Source of the DNA: an uncultured delta proteobacterium
GTDB lineage: Bacteria > Myxococcota_A > Polyangia > Polyangiales > Polyangiaceae
DNA length: 64,000 bases
Direction: 5' to 3'
NCBI GenBank assembly: GCA_963841435.1
Contig: CAWJCS010000005.1
Coordinates: forward strand, 1,728,001-1,792,000
Positions 42,129 through 52,022 of this stretch are shown piece after piece. The notes beneath the pieces are model-generated. The model was given only the letters and a program-made list of their open reading frames with translations, had not been told where the DNA came from and did no database searches. Each line of letters starts with the position of its first letter. Positions within the stretch are counted from its first letter, which is position 1. Both the position numbers and the translations under genes were made by a program.

Positions 42129-42718
42129 GGTGATCCGGGCTCAGGGTCGGGTCGCGGGCGAGCTCGTGCTGCCGAGCGTCCGAGCGAGCAGGGCGCGCAC
42201 CTTTCGCACGTCGAGGCAAGGGCGGCAAGCCATTGGGCCGGCCGACCTTCGGCAAGACTCGCCGCGCTCACGCGGAACGGTGCGCGTTGCCAATGCCCGG
42301 TTGCTGGCTCTCGTATTGCGTCGCGGCAGTTTGGTGCCCGGCGTCATTGGCGTCGCAAATTGCTCCTTGGACGCAAGAGGTTGGACGCACGGGGCGCAAG
42401 TTCCCGCTCTCGCTTCTCGCATCAGCATCCACCTCTTCTTCGCAGGACAGGCGTCCATCGATCGAGGCGATCGCGTCGATGAATCCCGGGCATGAAGTAA
42501 TCCCGGGCAATGACGAACATGGTCGTCGCAAAACCACGAGCTTTTGCAGGAAGCGGTTTGCGCTCCCACCGATTGAGAAGTAAAACGCCTGAACGCTGTC
42601 AGGTGTTGGGAACGACGCTCGCTACGTCCAACGGGTGCGCCTGGAAGCGTCCCGGCTCGGTTACTCCAAAGTGCGGGCTTGCGCGTCGTTCCCCCTCACG
42701 CTTTCACTGGATCTTTAC

Positions 42719-43432
42719 ATGAAGCAAAATCTCCGCCCCTCAAGAATCGCGCTCGCCCTCGTCGCCTCGACCAGCCTGTTTGCCGCCGCATGCAGCGGTG
42801 GTGACGACGACGCTGCCTCCACCCCCAACGCGTGGCAGGGCCACACGTACCTGCTCTCGATTCCCGAAACGTCGTGGATTGAGCCCGATCCGCGGATCGG
42901 CGGCGAAATTGCTCCGTTCGTCCCCGACTTCGTGCTGCGCGTTGACGCCGCGGCTGATCCCACCATGTCCGCCGCGGTCGGCACCTCCAAGGCCGGCGCG
43001 CAGGACACGTGCAACCTCACGTTGACGGTTTCGGGGAGCAGCGCTTACCCGAACGGGACCCTGAGCGCGCAGACGTACCCGATGCACATTCACGACGCCG
43101 ATCACGACGTCACCGTCAACACCACCGTTTACAACCTCCAGTTCAAGAACGTGTTGCCGAACGGGTTGACGACGAGCACCACGGGCGAGTTCTCCGCCAC
43201 GCTCGACGCTCGCGAGATCTACCCGCTCTTCTACAAGCTCATCGGCGCAACGCCGGATGCGGTCTGCACGGCGCTCGGGCAGTACGATGCGAACTGCCAG
43301 GCATGCCCGAACGATGGCGGCGTCTACTGTTTGCCCCTCAAGGCGATCGGCGTCGGTGCGGTCGAATCGAGCGCTGCGTTCACGGACGTTGCAGAAGCCG
43401 ACCTCGACGCGTCTTGCGCCGACACGCAATAG
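42719..43432 (+). CDS. Uncharacterised Cys-containing lipoprotein, copy 1
   Basis: AAAC lipobox; paralog of the next gene. Confidence 0.85.
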   Translation: MKQNLRPSRIALALVASTSLFAAACSGGDDDAASTPNAWQGHTYLLSIPETSWIEPDPRIGGEIAPFVPDFVLRVDAAADPTMSAAVGTSKAGAQDTCNLTLTVSGSSAYPNGTLSAQTYPMHIHDADHDVTVNTTVYNLQFKNVLPNGLTTSTTGEFSATLDAREIYPLFYKLIGATPDAVCTALGQYDANCQACPNDGGVYCLPLKAIGVGAVESSAAFTDVAEADLDASCADTQ

Positions 43433-44200
43433 GCCATCCGCACCGATGGAGACTCCATGAATCGCTACCTTCCGCTCGCTCTCCTGGCATCGACCAGCCA
43501 GTTCGCGGCCGGGTGCAGCAGCGCTGACGACGACGCAACCCCCAACGCGTGGCAGGGCCACACGTACCTGCTCTCGATTCCCGAAACGTCGTGGATTGAG
43601 CCCGATCCGCGGATCGGCGGCGAAATTGGGCTGTACGTGCCGGAGTTCCTCATCAGGGTGGATGCTTCGAGCGATCCAAGCATTTCTGCCACGGTAGGGA
43701 CGTCGTGGGGCGGCGTCCAAGACATGTGCGGTGTCACCCAGAAGGTTTTGGGTAGCAGCGCCTACCCGATGGGCACCTTGAGCGCGCACACCTACCGTGT
43801 GCACATCCGTCAGGAAGACCGGCAAGTGACGGTCAACACCGACGTGTGGAACCTGGAAATGAAGGACGTGTTGCCCAACGAATCGACGCCGAACGCCACG
43901 GGAACGTTTTCCGCGACGCTCGACGCTCGTGAGATCTATCCGCTCTTCTATCAGATCCCGGGTCGGACGCCCGAAACGGTCTGCGCCGCGCTTGGACAAT
44001 GGGGCGTTGCATGTGAGCCGTGCCCGAAGGACAACGAGGTCTTCTGCCTAACGATCGAGGCGGTCGACCTCGGTGCGGTTGAGTCGACAGCATCTCTCTC
44101 AACGGTCGCGCAGGGCGACCTCGACGCGTCTTGCGCCGACACGCAATAGGCCATCCGGACCGATGGAGACTCCATGAATCGCTACCTTCCGCTCGCTCTC
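42821..44200 (+). repeat. 717-bp-period tandem duplication with near-identical blocks: 42821-42911 = 43538-43628 (91 bp identical); 43399-43483 vs 44116-44200 (85 bp, 1 mismatch)
   Basis: Direct comparison; both offsets equal 717. Confidence 0.95.
43457..44149 (+). CDS. Uncharacterised Cys-containing lipoprotein, copy 2 (chimeric signal peptide)
   Basis: AAGC lipobox; first 9 codons identical to the downstream gene, body paralogous to the upstream gene. Confidence 0.85.
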   Translation: MNRYLPLALLASTSQFAAGCSSADDDATPNAWQGHTYLLSIPETSWIEPDPRIGGEIGLYVPEFLIRVDASSDPSISATVGTSWGGVQDMCGVTQKVLGSSAYPMGTLSAHTYRVHIRQEDRQVTVNTDVWNLEMKDVLPNESTPNATGTFSATLDAREIYPLFYQIPGRTPETVCAALGQWGVACEPCPKDNEVFCLTIEAVDLGAVESTASLSTVAQGDLDASCADTQ

Positions 44201-45848
44201 GTCGTCCCGTCCTGTTTCTTGCTCAGCGCTGCCGGTTGCAGCGACGGGGGCACCTCCGATCAAACGGGTGGGACGGGCGCCGGAGCGGTCGGCGGTAGCG
44301 GCGCAGGGATCGGCGGTAGCGCCGGGACGGTCGCCGGGACGGCGGGCACCCCGACGGGCGGCACGGCGGGCGTGGGTGGCGTCGCCGGCTCGCTCGGCGC
44401 GGGCACGGGCGGCACGCTCGCAGGCTCCGCGGGCCTCGCGGGGACGAGCGGCGCAGGCGGGCTCGGCGCTGCGGGTAGCGGCGCCGGCACGGCTGGTGAC
44501 GCCGGCGCGAGCGGGCTCGGTGGTGGGAGCGGTGCGAGCGGCGCCGCCGGCATGGCGGGCGCAGGCGGCACGGGCACTCCCGTGACGTGCACCATCACAC
44601 AGAGCTCCGAGATCAGCACCAAGATCGCGACCGTCGGTATCGTGACCTGGACTTCGGATCTCGCGGGGATGGACAGCGCCGAGATCGAGTTCGGCCTCGA
44701 CACGACCTACGGGATGACCGCCCCGATCCCCCAGGCCGATCTGATGGCGTCGAACCGCACGCTCTTGCTCGGCATGAAGCCGTCGAAGATGTACCACTAT
44801 CGCGTCGTGGCTCACGCTGGCGCAAGCGTGTGCGCGGGCGACGACCAGACCGTCATGACCGGCGCGAAGGCGTCGAACCTGCCGAACATCTCGCTGACTA
44901 CGACGCCCGGTGCTCAGCTCTCGGGCGGCTTTTTGATCACGGGCCAGTACGCGACCTCGGGCGGGTCGAGCCCCGCGTACATCATCGACGCCGATGGCGA
45001 TTTCGTCTGGTGGTACAGCATCAACAGCGACGTGACCGGCGCTCGCATGAGCTACGACGGCAAGTACATGTGGATCAATCGCGGCAACGTCCCCGAAAGC
45101 CAGGGCGCGAGCGTTCACCGCGTCAGCATGGACGGGCTGACGGACGAGAATTTGAGCAGCCAATTCACGGGGCAAAATCACCAGCTCACGGTGCTCCCCG
45201 ACGAGACGATCGCCTTCTACGCGTACAACAGCAACGGTTGCGACGACATCAAGGAGCGCTCGCCCGCAGGGATGGTAAAGACCATCATCAACGCGGGAAC
45301 GGCGCACGGTGCCGGCGGCCCCTGCCACGTGAACACCATTCAGTACTCGGCCGAAGACGATTCCTACGTCTTTTCCGACCTCGACAACGACAACTACACG
45401 AAGGTCACGCGTAGCGGCACCGTGAAGTGGGTGCTCGGCGGCTCGACCAGCACGTTCACGGGCATGGGGGCTTCGTGGAGCCGGCAGCACGGGTGCGACA
45501 TCCTCGGCCTCGATCGCTTGTTGTTTTTCAACAACGGCTCGATGGGCGGCGGTGGCGGGTCGCTCGCCATCGAGGTTCTGCTCGCGGGAGCCGCGGTCGG
45601 CGGCCAGGGCGCCGACACCGCGACGCGCGCTTGGACCTACACCGCCATGCCCTCCATCAACAACGCCATCATGGGCGACGTTCGAGCGTATGCCGAACGG
45701 CAACACCATCGTCGCGTACTCCACGCAGGGCGTCCTGCACGAGGTCGACAAGGACGGCAATCTCCTGCAGGAGATCAGCTGGCCCATCGGCGGCGCTTTC
45801 GGCTACATCGAGAAGCGCGCGAGCCTGTACGGGCCGCCCCCCAAGTAA
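44174..45848 (+). CDS. FN3 plus arylsulfotransferase (ASST)-like beta-propeller lipoprotein, frameshift near 45682
   Basis: Lipobox, Gly linker, LLGMKPSKMYHYRV FN3 strand, AYIIDADGDFVWWY, NH, CHVN, RQH, FNNG; C-terminal RMPNGNTIVAYS...EVDKDG in a shifted frame. Confidence 0.75.
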
Positions 45849-45903
45849 CCCCGTCCTCGTGCCGGCGCGCAGCCGGCACACGCGAATCGGTGTGAGGTAA
45901 GTC

Positions 45904-47088
45904 ATGAAGTCACTCATCGTCCCGGCCGTGCTCATTCTCGCTTCCACCGTGGGGTGCAGCGGCACCAGCGACGACGACGCCGCGAGCGGCGGCACCGCGG
46001 GTACCGGGGCGAGCGGCGGCACCGCGGGCACCGGGGCGAGCGGCGGCACGGGCGGTGCGGGTGCCACGGGTGGCGCGGCCGGCACGGGCGCGGGGACGGG
46101 TGGCAGCGGAGCGGGTAGCGGCGGCGCGACGTGCGGCGGCAGCATCGTGGCAAGCCCCGAAAATGACTACGCTTTCACGAGCACGCTCAGTTTTCCGCCC
46201 ATCGCGGTCAAGCCCGACTCGAACCTGACCTTCGAGTGGGGCGGGACCACGAAAGACTTCTTGAAGCACTCGCTCGACCCGATGAACAACGTCGATAGCG
46301 TCAACCTGATGCTGTGGAAGCTCACCCAGAGCGAGCTCGAGACGAAGCTGAACGACGACGCGCTCGCCCAGCGCGATCTGGCCATCATCGCGACGGTTTA
46401 CACGCAGAAGATGCTCACGTCGTCCGAGCTCTTCGATTTTACGTCGGTCGGGACGCCGCTCACGCCCTGTCAGATCTTGCCGTTCGTGCAGGCTTTGAAT
46501 CCGGACCCGAACGGGCACCCGGAGTGTGCGGACTGGGCGATGAACGTGGGCGACGGCTACGATCCCGCGGCACACATCTACACGGTGATGCTGGCGACGG
46601 GAGAAGAGCTCGGCCAGGGGACGCGCATGATCCAGTCCTTCAAGCTCGATCCTGCCTCCACCAACACCACGGTCACCATCGACTCGACCTCTACGGTGCT
46701 CGACTACAGCGTCGATCTGCACTCCCTGACGCCGACGATGGTGCCCGCCGGCACGCCCGCGCTCAGCATCGATTGGACCGGGCTGACGACGAACGGGCTC
46801 GGCAAGCCGTTCAACAAGCCCATCACGCGTGCTCGCATCGGCCGCTACACGCAGACGCCCGCCGAGATGGAGGCCCAGTTCTTGGACCTCGACATGATCG
46901 CCGATAAGATGTGGTCCGCCGACGTTCCCGGCGGGATGACCATGGATCTGTCCCAGCTCACCGACGACATGGGGCAGCCCTTCCCGGGCATCGACGCTTC
47001 CTACACGTGGATCGTGGCCCTCGACTGCGGCAGCTGCGCAAACCCCGCGCCCTGGTATCTTTCGCTCCTCGAACCGTGCACCCCTTAG
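45904..47088 (+). CDS. Uncharacterised lipoprotein with C-terminal WxVALxCxxCxNPxP motif
   Basis: VGC lipobox, Gly linker; paralog of 57346-58386. Confidence 0.85.
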   Translation: MKSLIVPAVLILASTVGCSGTSDDDAASGGTAGTGASGGTAGTGASGGTGGAGATGGAAGTGAGTGGSGAGSGGATCGGSIVASPENDYAFTSTLSFPPIAVKPDSNLTFEWGGTTKDFLKHSLDPMNNVDSVNLMLWKLTQSELETKLNDDALAQRDLAIIATVYTQKMLTSSELFDFTSVGTPLTPCQILPFVQALNPDPNGHPECADWAMNVGDGYDPAAHIYTVMLATGEELGQGTRMIQSFKLDPASTNTTVTIDSTSTVLDYSVDLHSLTPTMVPAGTPALSIDWTGLTTNGLGKPFNKPITRARIGRYTQTPAEMEAQFLDLDMIADKMWSADVPGGMTMDLSQLTDDMGQPFPGIDASYTWIVALDCGSCANPAPWYLSLLEPCTP

Positions 47089-47137
47089 CGGCGCCCCCCG
47101 TCTCGAACGCCGTGCTTAGCACGGGCGGGGGCAGCGC

Positions 47138-48787
47138 ATGATCGGTCGCGGGGCGCGCCGCGTCGCGCTGTTCTCGTGTGCGCTGGGCCTCTGGGCGTGC
47201 GGGCGCAGCATGCCGGACCTCGTGCCGGCGTACGAGCTCGCCGGGGCGGGCGCGGGTGGAGCAGTCGGCGGTCATGGCGGTTCGTCGAGCGGTGGTGTCT
47301 CGGCAGGCGCGCCCCCGATGGCCGGAATCGGCGGCGTGGGCGGCGTGGTGGTGGGCGGGCAAGGCGGCTTCTTTCAAGGCGGCACGAGCTCGGGCTTCGC
47401 GGGGGCCGGTCAGAGTGGAGGCGGCTTCGCGGGCGCGCTCGTGGGCGGCGCGGGCGCGGGTGGGTTCGGCGGTGGCATCGGTGGCGTGTCGGGCGACAGC
47501 GGCATGAGCGGCGGCGGTGCGGGCGGCTCACCCGTGCTCGGGCTGCTCGGAACGCCCTACGTGCACAGCACGACGGCCGAAAGCTTCGTGCTCAACGCTG
47601 CGGTCTCGGGCGGAGCGCCGGGTGACCTCCGGGCTTACGTGCGGGAGCCGGGAGCGCCTGGCTGGACGCTCTTGCCCCCGCTCGCGCCTCCGACGACGGA
47701 CGTCATCGAGTGGTCGGCGACCGGTCTCACGGGTGGAACCCGCTACGACTACGACGTGACGGGCTTCTTCGACGGGCGCGAGGTCGACCTGTATTCAGGC
47801 CACATCGTCACCGAGCGCGCTCCAGGCTCGACGTTCGTCTTCTCGCTCATCACCGACACGCACATCGCCCCGCGCCTGGACGTGGCCACCGCCTCCGAGA
47901 CGGACACCTCGATGGAGAGCACGCTCGTCCAGGTGACGCCCGACGTGCTGGCCGACGCTCCCGACTTCGTGATCAACCTCGGTGACATCCTCGATTTTCA
48001 CATGTTCGGCTTCAACGAGCCGCCCCCGGACCCTTCGTGGACGCGCCTCGGTTACCTGAACTACCGGCGCCTACTCGGCGACACGCTCGGCAACGCCACG
48101 CACTTTCCGGTGATCGGCAACTGGGACGGCGAGAACGGCTGCAACACGCTCGAACAGATCGAGCGCTCGCGCAGCCAGCGGCTCATCTACCTGCCCGGGC
48201 CCAAGCCGGACACCTACCCCGAGGGCGGCAGTCCCTTCGAGGACTACTACGCGTTCACCTGGGGCGACGCGCTCTTCATCGTGCTCAACGTGATGACGTA
48301 CACGCCGTCGTGCCACCTGCTCGGAACCTACCCCGGCCTCCCCGACGACTGGACGCTCGGCGACGCCCAGCTCGCCTGGCTGCGCCAGACGCTCGAAAAC
48401 GCGACGTCGAAGTGGCGGTTCACGTTCATCCACCACACGGTCGGGGGCAACGGCGGCAACGACGTCGATTCGGCGTATGGCCGGGGCGGCGGTCGCGCAG
48501 CGTACGTGGGGGAGCAAGCCATCATTCAGGATCTGCTCACGACCTACGGCGTCCAGATCTTCTTCTACGCGCACGATCACGTCTTCACGGACATGGTCGT
48601 CAACGGCGTGCACTACACGTTGCCGGGGAGCGCGGGCGCGCCCTGGAAGTTTACGACCTACGAGACCGGCTACGAGGACTTCTGGTCGGACTCCGGCCAC
48701 GCTCGCGTCACCGTGAGCCCCGACGACGTGAACGTCGAGCTCGTCGCCCAGGGCGGCAGCGTGCTCTCGAGCTACACGCTGCCGTAG
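47138..48787 (+). CDS. Calcineurin-like / purple acid phosphatase-type metallophosphoesterase lipoprotein
   Basis: TDTH, LGD, GNWD, HH, AHDH motifs; FN3-like N-domain; Gly linker. Confidence 0.88.
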   Translation: MIGRGARRVALFSCALGLWACGRSMPDLVPAYELAGAGAGGAVGGHGGSSSGGVSAGAPPMAGIGGVGGVVVGGQGGFFQGGTSSGFAGAGQSGGGFAGALVGGAGAGGFGGGIGGVSGDSGMSGGGAGGSPVLGLLGTPYVHSTTAESFVLNAAVSGGAPGDLRAYVREPGAPGWTLLPPLAPPTTDVIEWSATGLTGGTRYDYDVTGFFDGREVDLYSGHIVTERAPGSTFVFSLITDTHIAPRLDVATASETDTSMESTLVQVTPDVLADAPDFVINLGDILDFHMFGFNEPPPDPSWTRLGYLNYRRLLGDTLGNATHFPVIGNWDGENGCNTLEQIERSRSQRLIYLPGPKPDTYPEGGSPFEDYYAFTWGDALFIVLNVMTYTPSCHLLGTYPGLPDDWTLGDAQLAWLRQTLENATSKWRFTFIHHTVGGNGGNDVDSAYGRGGGRAAYVGEQAIIQDLLTTYGVQIFFYAHDHVFTDMVVNGVHYTLPGSAGAPWKFTTYETGYEDFWSDSGHARVTVSPDDVNVELVAQGGSVLSSYTLP

Positions 48788-48833
48788 ACCTCGGCGCTCG
48801 CGCGCTCCCTGCGCGGCGAGGCGCGTCGGAACC

Positions 48834-49514
48834 TCAGAACAAGCAATCGACCGGTTGCGGGTTTTCGTCCTCGACGTCGGCCGCGAACGAGCCGTCGATG
48901 TCGGGGGCCTCGGTGAAACCGTCGGCCGCGCTGCCGCGCATCGCCATGCCGCGATAGCCGCCGACGCTCATGTGCGCGCGCACGACGACGATCTCGTCGG
49001 CGGCCACCGGGACGGCGCCACCCGTGCGGGTGAAGGTGTTGCCGGGCGCGTCCGCGTCGGAGGTGCCGTTTTCGTCGGTGTGCGAGTGATCGAGCGTGCG
49101 CCGGTAGATGAGGGCGCCCGCTTCGCTCAGGACCTCCCACCAGTTGGCGTATTGACTGCAGTCGATGTCGGCGCTTTCGACGGTCACGGTAAAGACGTAG
49201 CTTTGCTCGGCGCCGCTCGCGGAGACCGCGACGACGTTGGCGTAGGGCGCATCGTCCGTCGCGCCGCCGGCCCCCGCCGCGTCGTCCGGTGCGCCACCCT
49301 CGCCGGCCTGGCCGCCCGACGCCGCCGAGGTGCCGCCGGTCCCTCCGCCCGAGGTCGCGCCTCCGCCCGGGGTCGCACCTCCGCCCGGGGTCGCGCTTCC
49401 GCCCGAGGTCGCGCCTCCGCCCGGGGTCGCACCGTTGCACGGGGTCCCGGAGGGCTCGCTCGTGCAGCCGAATGCGGCCGCGATGCCGAAAGCACAGACG
49501 GCGAAAAGCTTCAT
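48834..49514 (-). CDS. Conserved hypothetical lipoprotein with GGGAT(P/S) 18-bp repeats
   Basis: FGC lipobox; YANWWEV...RRTLDHSH...FTR...VRAHM domain. Confidence 0.7.
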   Translation of the reverse strand: MKLFAVCAFGIAAAFGCTSEPSGTPCNGATPGGGATSGGSATPGGGATPGGGATSGGGTGGTSAASGGQAGEGGAPDDAAGAGGATDDAPYANVVAVSASGAEQSYVFTVTVESADIDCSQYANWWEVLSEAGALIYRRTLDHSHTDENGTSDADAPGNTFTRTGGAVPVAADEIVVVRAHMSVGGYRGMAMRGSAADGFTEAPDIDGSFAADVEDENPQPVDCLF

Positions 49515-49731
49515 GGCTCACGCGGCGCCGGCGACTGGCCCGCGACGCTCAGTGTGGCGCGCCGCGCGGCGTCTGAAAAGGAGACTCTCGCTCTCGTGGC
49601 CGGCGCCGCACGATGACGCCGCGGTGTCGGACGGCCGCACGCGGCGACTAAGGGCGCCGCGGCCCCGCACGGCAAGACTCACGCGCGCTTGGAAACCCAA
49701 GCGGCGCCCGTCTGGTCACGCTACCGCGCGC

Positions 49732-51312
49732 TCAGGGCGCGCCGGCGTCGAGGCCGTCTTCTTTCAGCAGATCGTCGAGTGTTTCGCCGGCATCGGGGCT
49801 CTTGGCCTCCGGCGGAGCCGCCGGAGGCTCGTCACCCTTCATCAGGTCATCGAGCGTTTCGCCGGCGTGGTCGGCGCCGTTGTCGTTCAAGAGATCATCG
49901 AGGGTTTCGCCGGACGGCGCCGCGCTGCCGGGCGCTGCCGCGCTGTCCGTGGGAGCGCCGGCGCTTGCTCCGGGTGGCGGCAAGAGGTCACGCAGCTTGG
50001 CGTCGTCGTTCGTCGGGCTCGCGTCGAGCACCACGGGCGCGAGCAAGCGGGAGCTCCACGTCGAGAGCTTGGGGACGTAGCTCACGAGCAGGAGCGCGCC
50101 AGCGAGAATCGCGACGAACGGCCCCACGGCGCGGTACACGACGGGCAGCGGCTTGTCGAAGCGGAAGCTCGAGATGAAGAGGTTCAAGCCGAGCGGCGGC
50201 GCAAGGTACGCGATCTCGAGGTTCAAGAGGAAGATCGCGCCGAGGTGATACGGATCGATACCGAAGTGCAGGCCGATCGGCGCGATGAGAGGCGGCACCA
50301 CGACCACCGCCGAGAAGATCTCCATCAACATGCCGACCACCAGCAAGAAGATGTTGATGACGATCATGAACGTCCACTTCGAGTCGATGAACGTCTTCAT
50401 CGCCTCGAGGAGCAGCTGGGGAACGTTCGCCTGCACGAGGTACGCCGTGAGGCCCACCGCCATGGCGAGGATGATGAGGATCGCGCCCACGAGCACGACG
50501 CACTCGTTCACGATGCGCGGGAGCTCGTTGAGCTTGATGTCCTTGTAGACGAACACCTCGACGATGAGGACGTAGAGCGCCGTGAAGGCCGCCGCCTCGT
50601 GGATGCGCAGCATGCCCGTCGCGAGGCCGCCGATGAGCACGGGGGGCAAGAGGGCCTCCCACTTCGCGTACCAGAGCGCCTTGGCGGCCGCCTTGCCGTC
50701 GAAGGTGGTCCGAGCGATCTTGAGCCGCGTGCCGACGAGGGCGGCGTAGACGGAGAGGGCCACCACCGTCAGCAGCCCCGGGATGAGCGCCGCGATGAAC
50801 AGCCCCTCGATGTCCAGGCCGCTGACGACGCCGTACAGGATGACGGGCACGCTCGGCGGGAAGAGCACGCCGAGCGAGCCGCCCGTCGTGACGAGCCCGA
50901 GCGAGAAGCGCTCCTGGTATTTTTCGGCGACGAGCGCCGGGAACAGCAGCGCGCCGATGGCGACGATCGTGACGCCGCTTCCCCCCGTGAACGTCGTGAA
51001 AATGGCCGACGTGATGAGGCAAACGATCGCGAGGCCGCCCGGTACCCAGCCGAACAGCGCGCGCGCCACGCTGACGAGGCGCAAGGGGGCCTTGCTCGAC
51101 GCGAGCGCCACGCCCGCGAACGTAAAGAGCGGAATCGTCACGAGCAGCGGCGAATCCGCGAATTTCGCGCTGAACATGTCGTTCGCCGCGCTGCTGAGCG
51201 GCGTGTTCGGCAAGAGCGCGAAGAGCCAGACGGAGAGGCCGCCGAAAATCAGAAAGAGCGGCGCACCCGAGATCGCGAGCGCCAGCATGACGAGCAGCGC
51301 AACCCCGACCAT
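49732..51312 (-). CDS. dctM: TRAP transporter large permease
   Basis: IPLFTFAG, FTGGSGVTIVAIG, GSLGVLFPPS, GIDPYHLG, PPLGLNLF; extended C-tail. Confidence 0.95.
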   Translation of the reverse strand: MVGVALLVMLALAISGAPLFLIFGGLSVWLFALLPNTPLSSAANDMFSAKFADSPLLVTIPLFTFAGVALASSKAPLRLVSVARALFGWVPGGLAIVCLITSAIFTTFTGGSGVTIVAIGALLFPALVAEKYQERFSLGLVTTGGSLGVLFPPSVPVILYGVVSGLDIEGLFIAALIPGLLTVVALSVYAALVGTRLKIARTTFDGKAAAKALWYAKWEALLPPVLIGGLATGMLRIHEAAAFTALYVLIVEVFVYKDIKLNELPRIVNECVVLVGAILIILAMAVGLTAYLVQANVPQLLLEAMKTFIDSKWTFMIVINIFLLVVGMLMEIFSAVVVVPPLIAPIGLHFGIDPYHLGAIFLLNLEIAYLAPPLGLNLFISSFRFDKPLPVVYRAVGPFVAILAGALLLVSYVPKLSTWSSRLLAPVVLDASPTNDDAKLRDLLPPPGASAGAPTDSAAAPGSAAPSGETLDDLLNDNGADHAGETLDDLMKGDEPPAAPPEAKSPDAGETLDDLLKEDGLDAGAP

Positions 51313-52010
51313 CAGCCCTCCTCTTTCGGCGGCGTGCCCGGCCCGTGAGCATCATCCGCCTTGAGAGTGACGCCACGAGTGTGGGCGATGACGATCGAAA
51401 TCGAGCGCGCGATGAGGCGGATGCCGATCGCGACGAACATCAGCGGCGTGATGAGCTGCGCCATGCCTTCGCCGCTCGACACGGGAATGTGGATGGCGGT
51501 GAACCCGGCGCGCAGCGCACAGAAGAAGGCCGGCCTGCCGAGCTTTTCGGCGATGTCAGGCGCGGCGTCGCAGATGTGAATGACCTGCCCGTCGCGGGTG
51601 AGCGCCTCGTAGTCGAACGGAATCGCCTGGTCGGCGATCAGGCACGCCTGGAAGAACACCTTGGCGAGCACGAAGGCGATGATGCCCGCGCCGAACGCCG
51701 CAAACACCCGTAAGATCGCGGAGATACGCTGCGGGGCCAGGCGCGGCAAAAGATCGATCGCGATGTGCTTGTTCTTCTGAGTCGCCAGCGACGCTCCGAG
51801 GAACGCGACCCAGAGCGTCCCCTTCTGCAAGAACGCGTCCGACCAGGACATCGCGTCGAGCGCGGCGCGCGCCCAGCTGATGTCGTGCTCGGCGATGTTG
51901 AAGAACAGCGCCTGCAGCGACGCGACCACGACCATTCCGAGCAGGACAGCGACGGCAATCGCCCCCTCCACGCGTGCGACGCGCTGATCGAAACGCTCGA
52001 GCTTTCCCAC
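51312..52010 (-). CDS. dctQ: TRAP transporter small permease
   Basis: 4 TMs, LWVAFLGASLAT...HIAIDLL; periplasmic Cys pair. Confidence 0.9.
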   Translation of the reverse strand: MGKLERFDQRVARVEGAIAVAVLLGMVVVASLQALFFNIAEHDISWARAALDAMSWSDAFLQKGTLWVAFLGASLATQKNKHIAIDLLPRLAPQRISAILRVFAAFGAGIIAFVLAKVFFQACLIADQAIPFDYEALTRDGQVIHICDAAPDIAEKLGRPAFFCALRAGFTAIHIPVSSGEGMAQLITPLMFVAIGIRLIARSISIVIAHTRGVTLKADDAHGPGTPPKEEG

Positions 52011-52022
52011 GATAGAATTGGA

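Noticed and set aside
42347-42364. Sigma-54 promoter (TGGC...TTGC)
   Set aside because: GG-to-GC spacing is 11 nt rather than the required 10.
49330-51348. 672-aa plus-strand ORF
   Set aside because: Antisense shadow of dctM.
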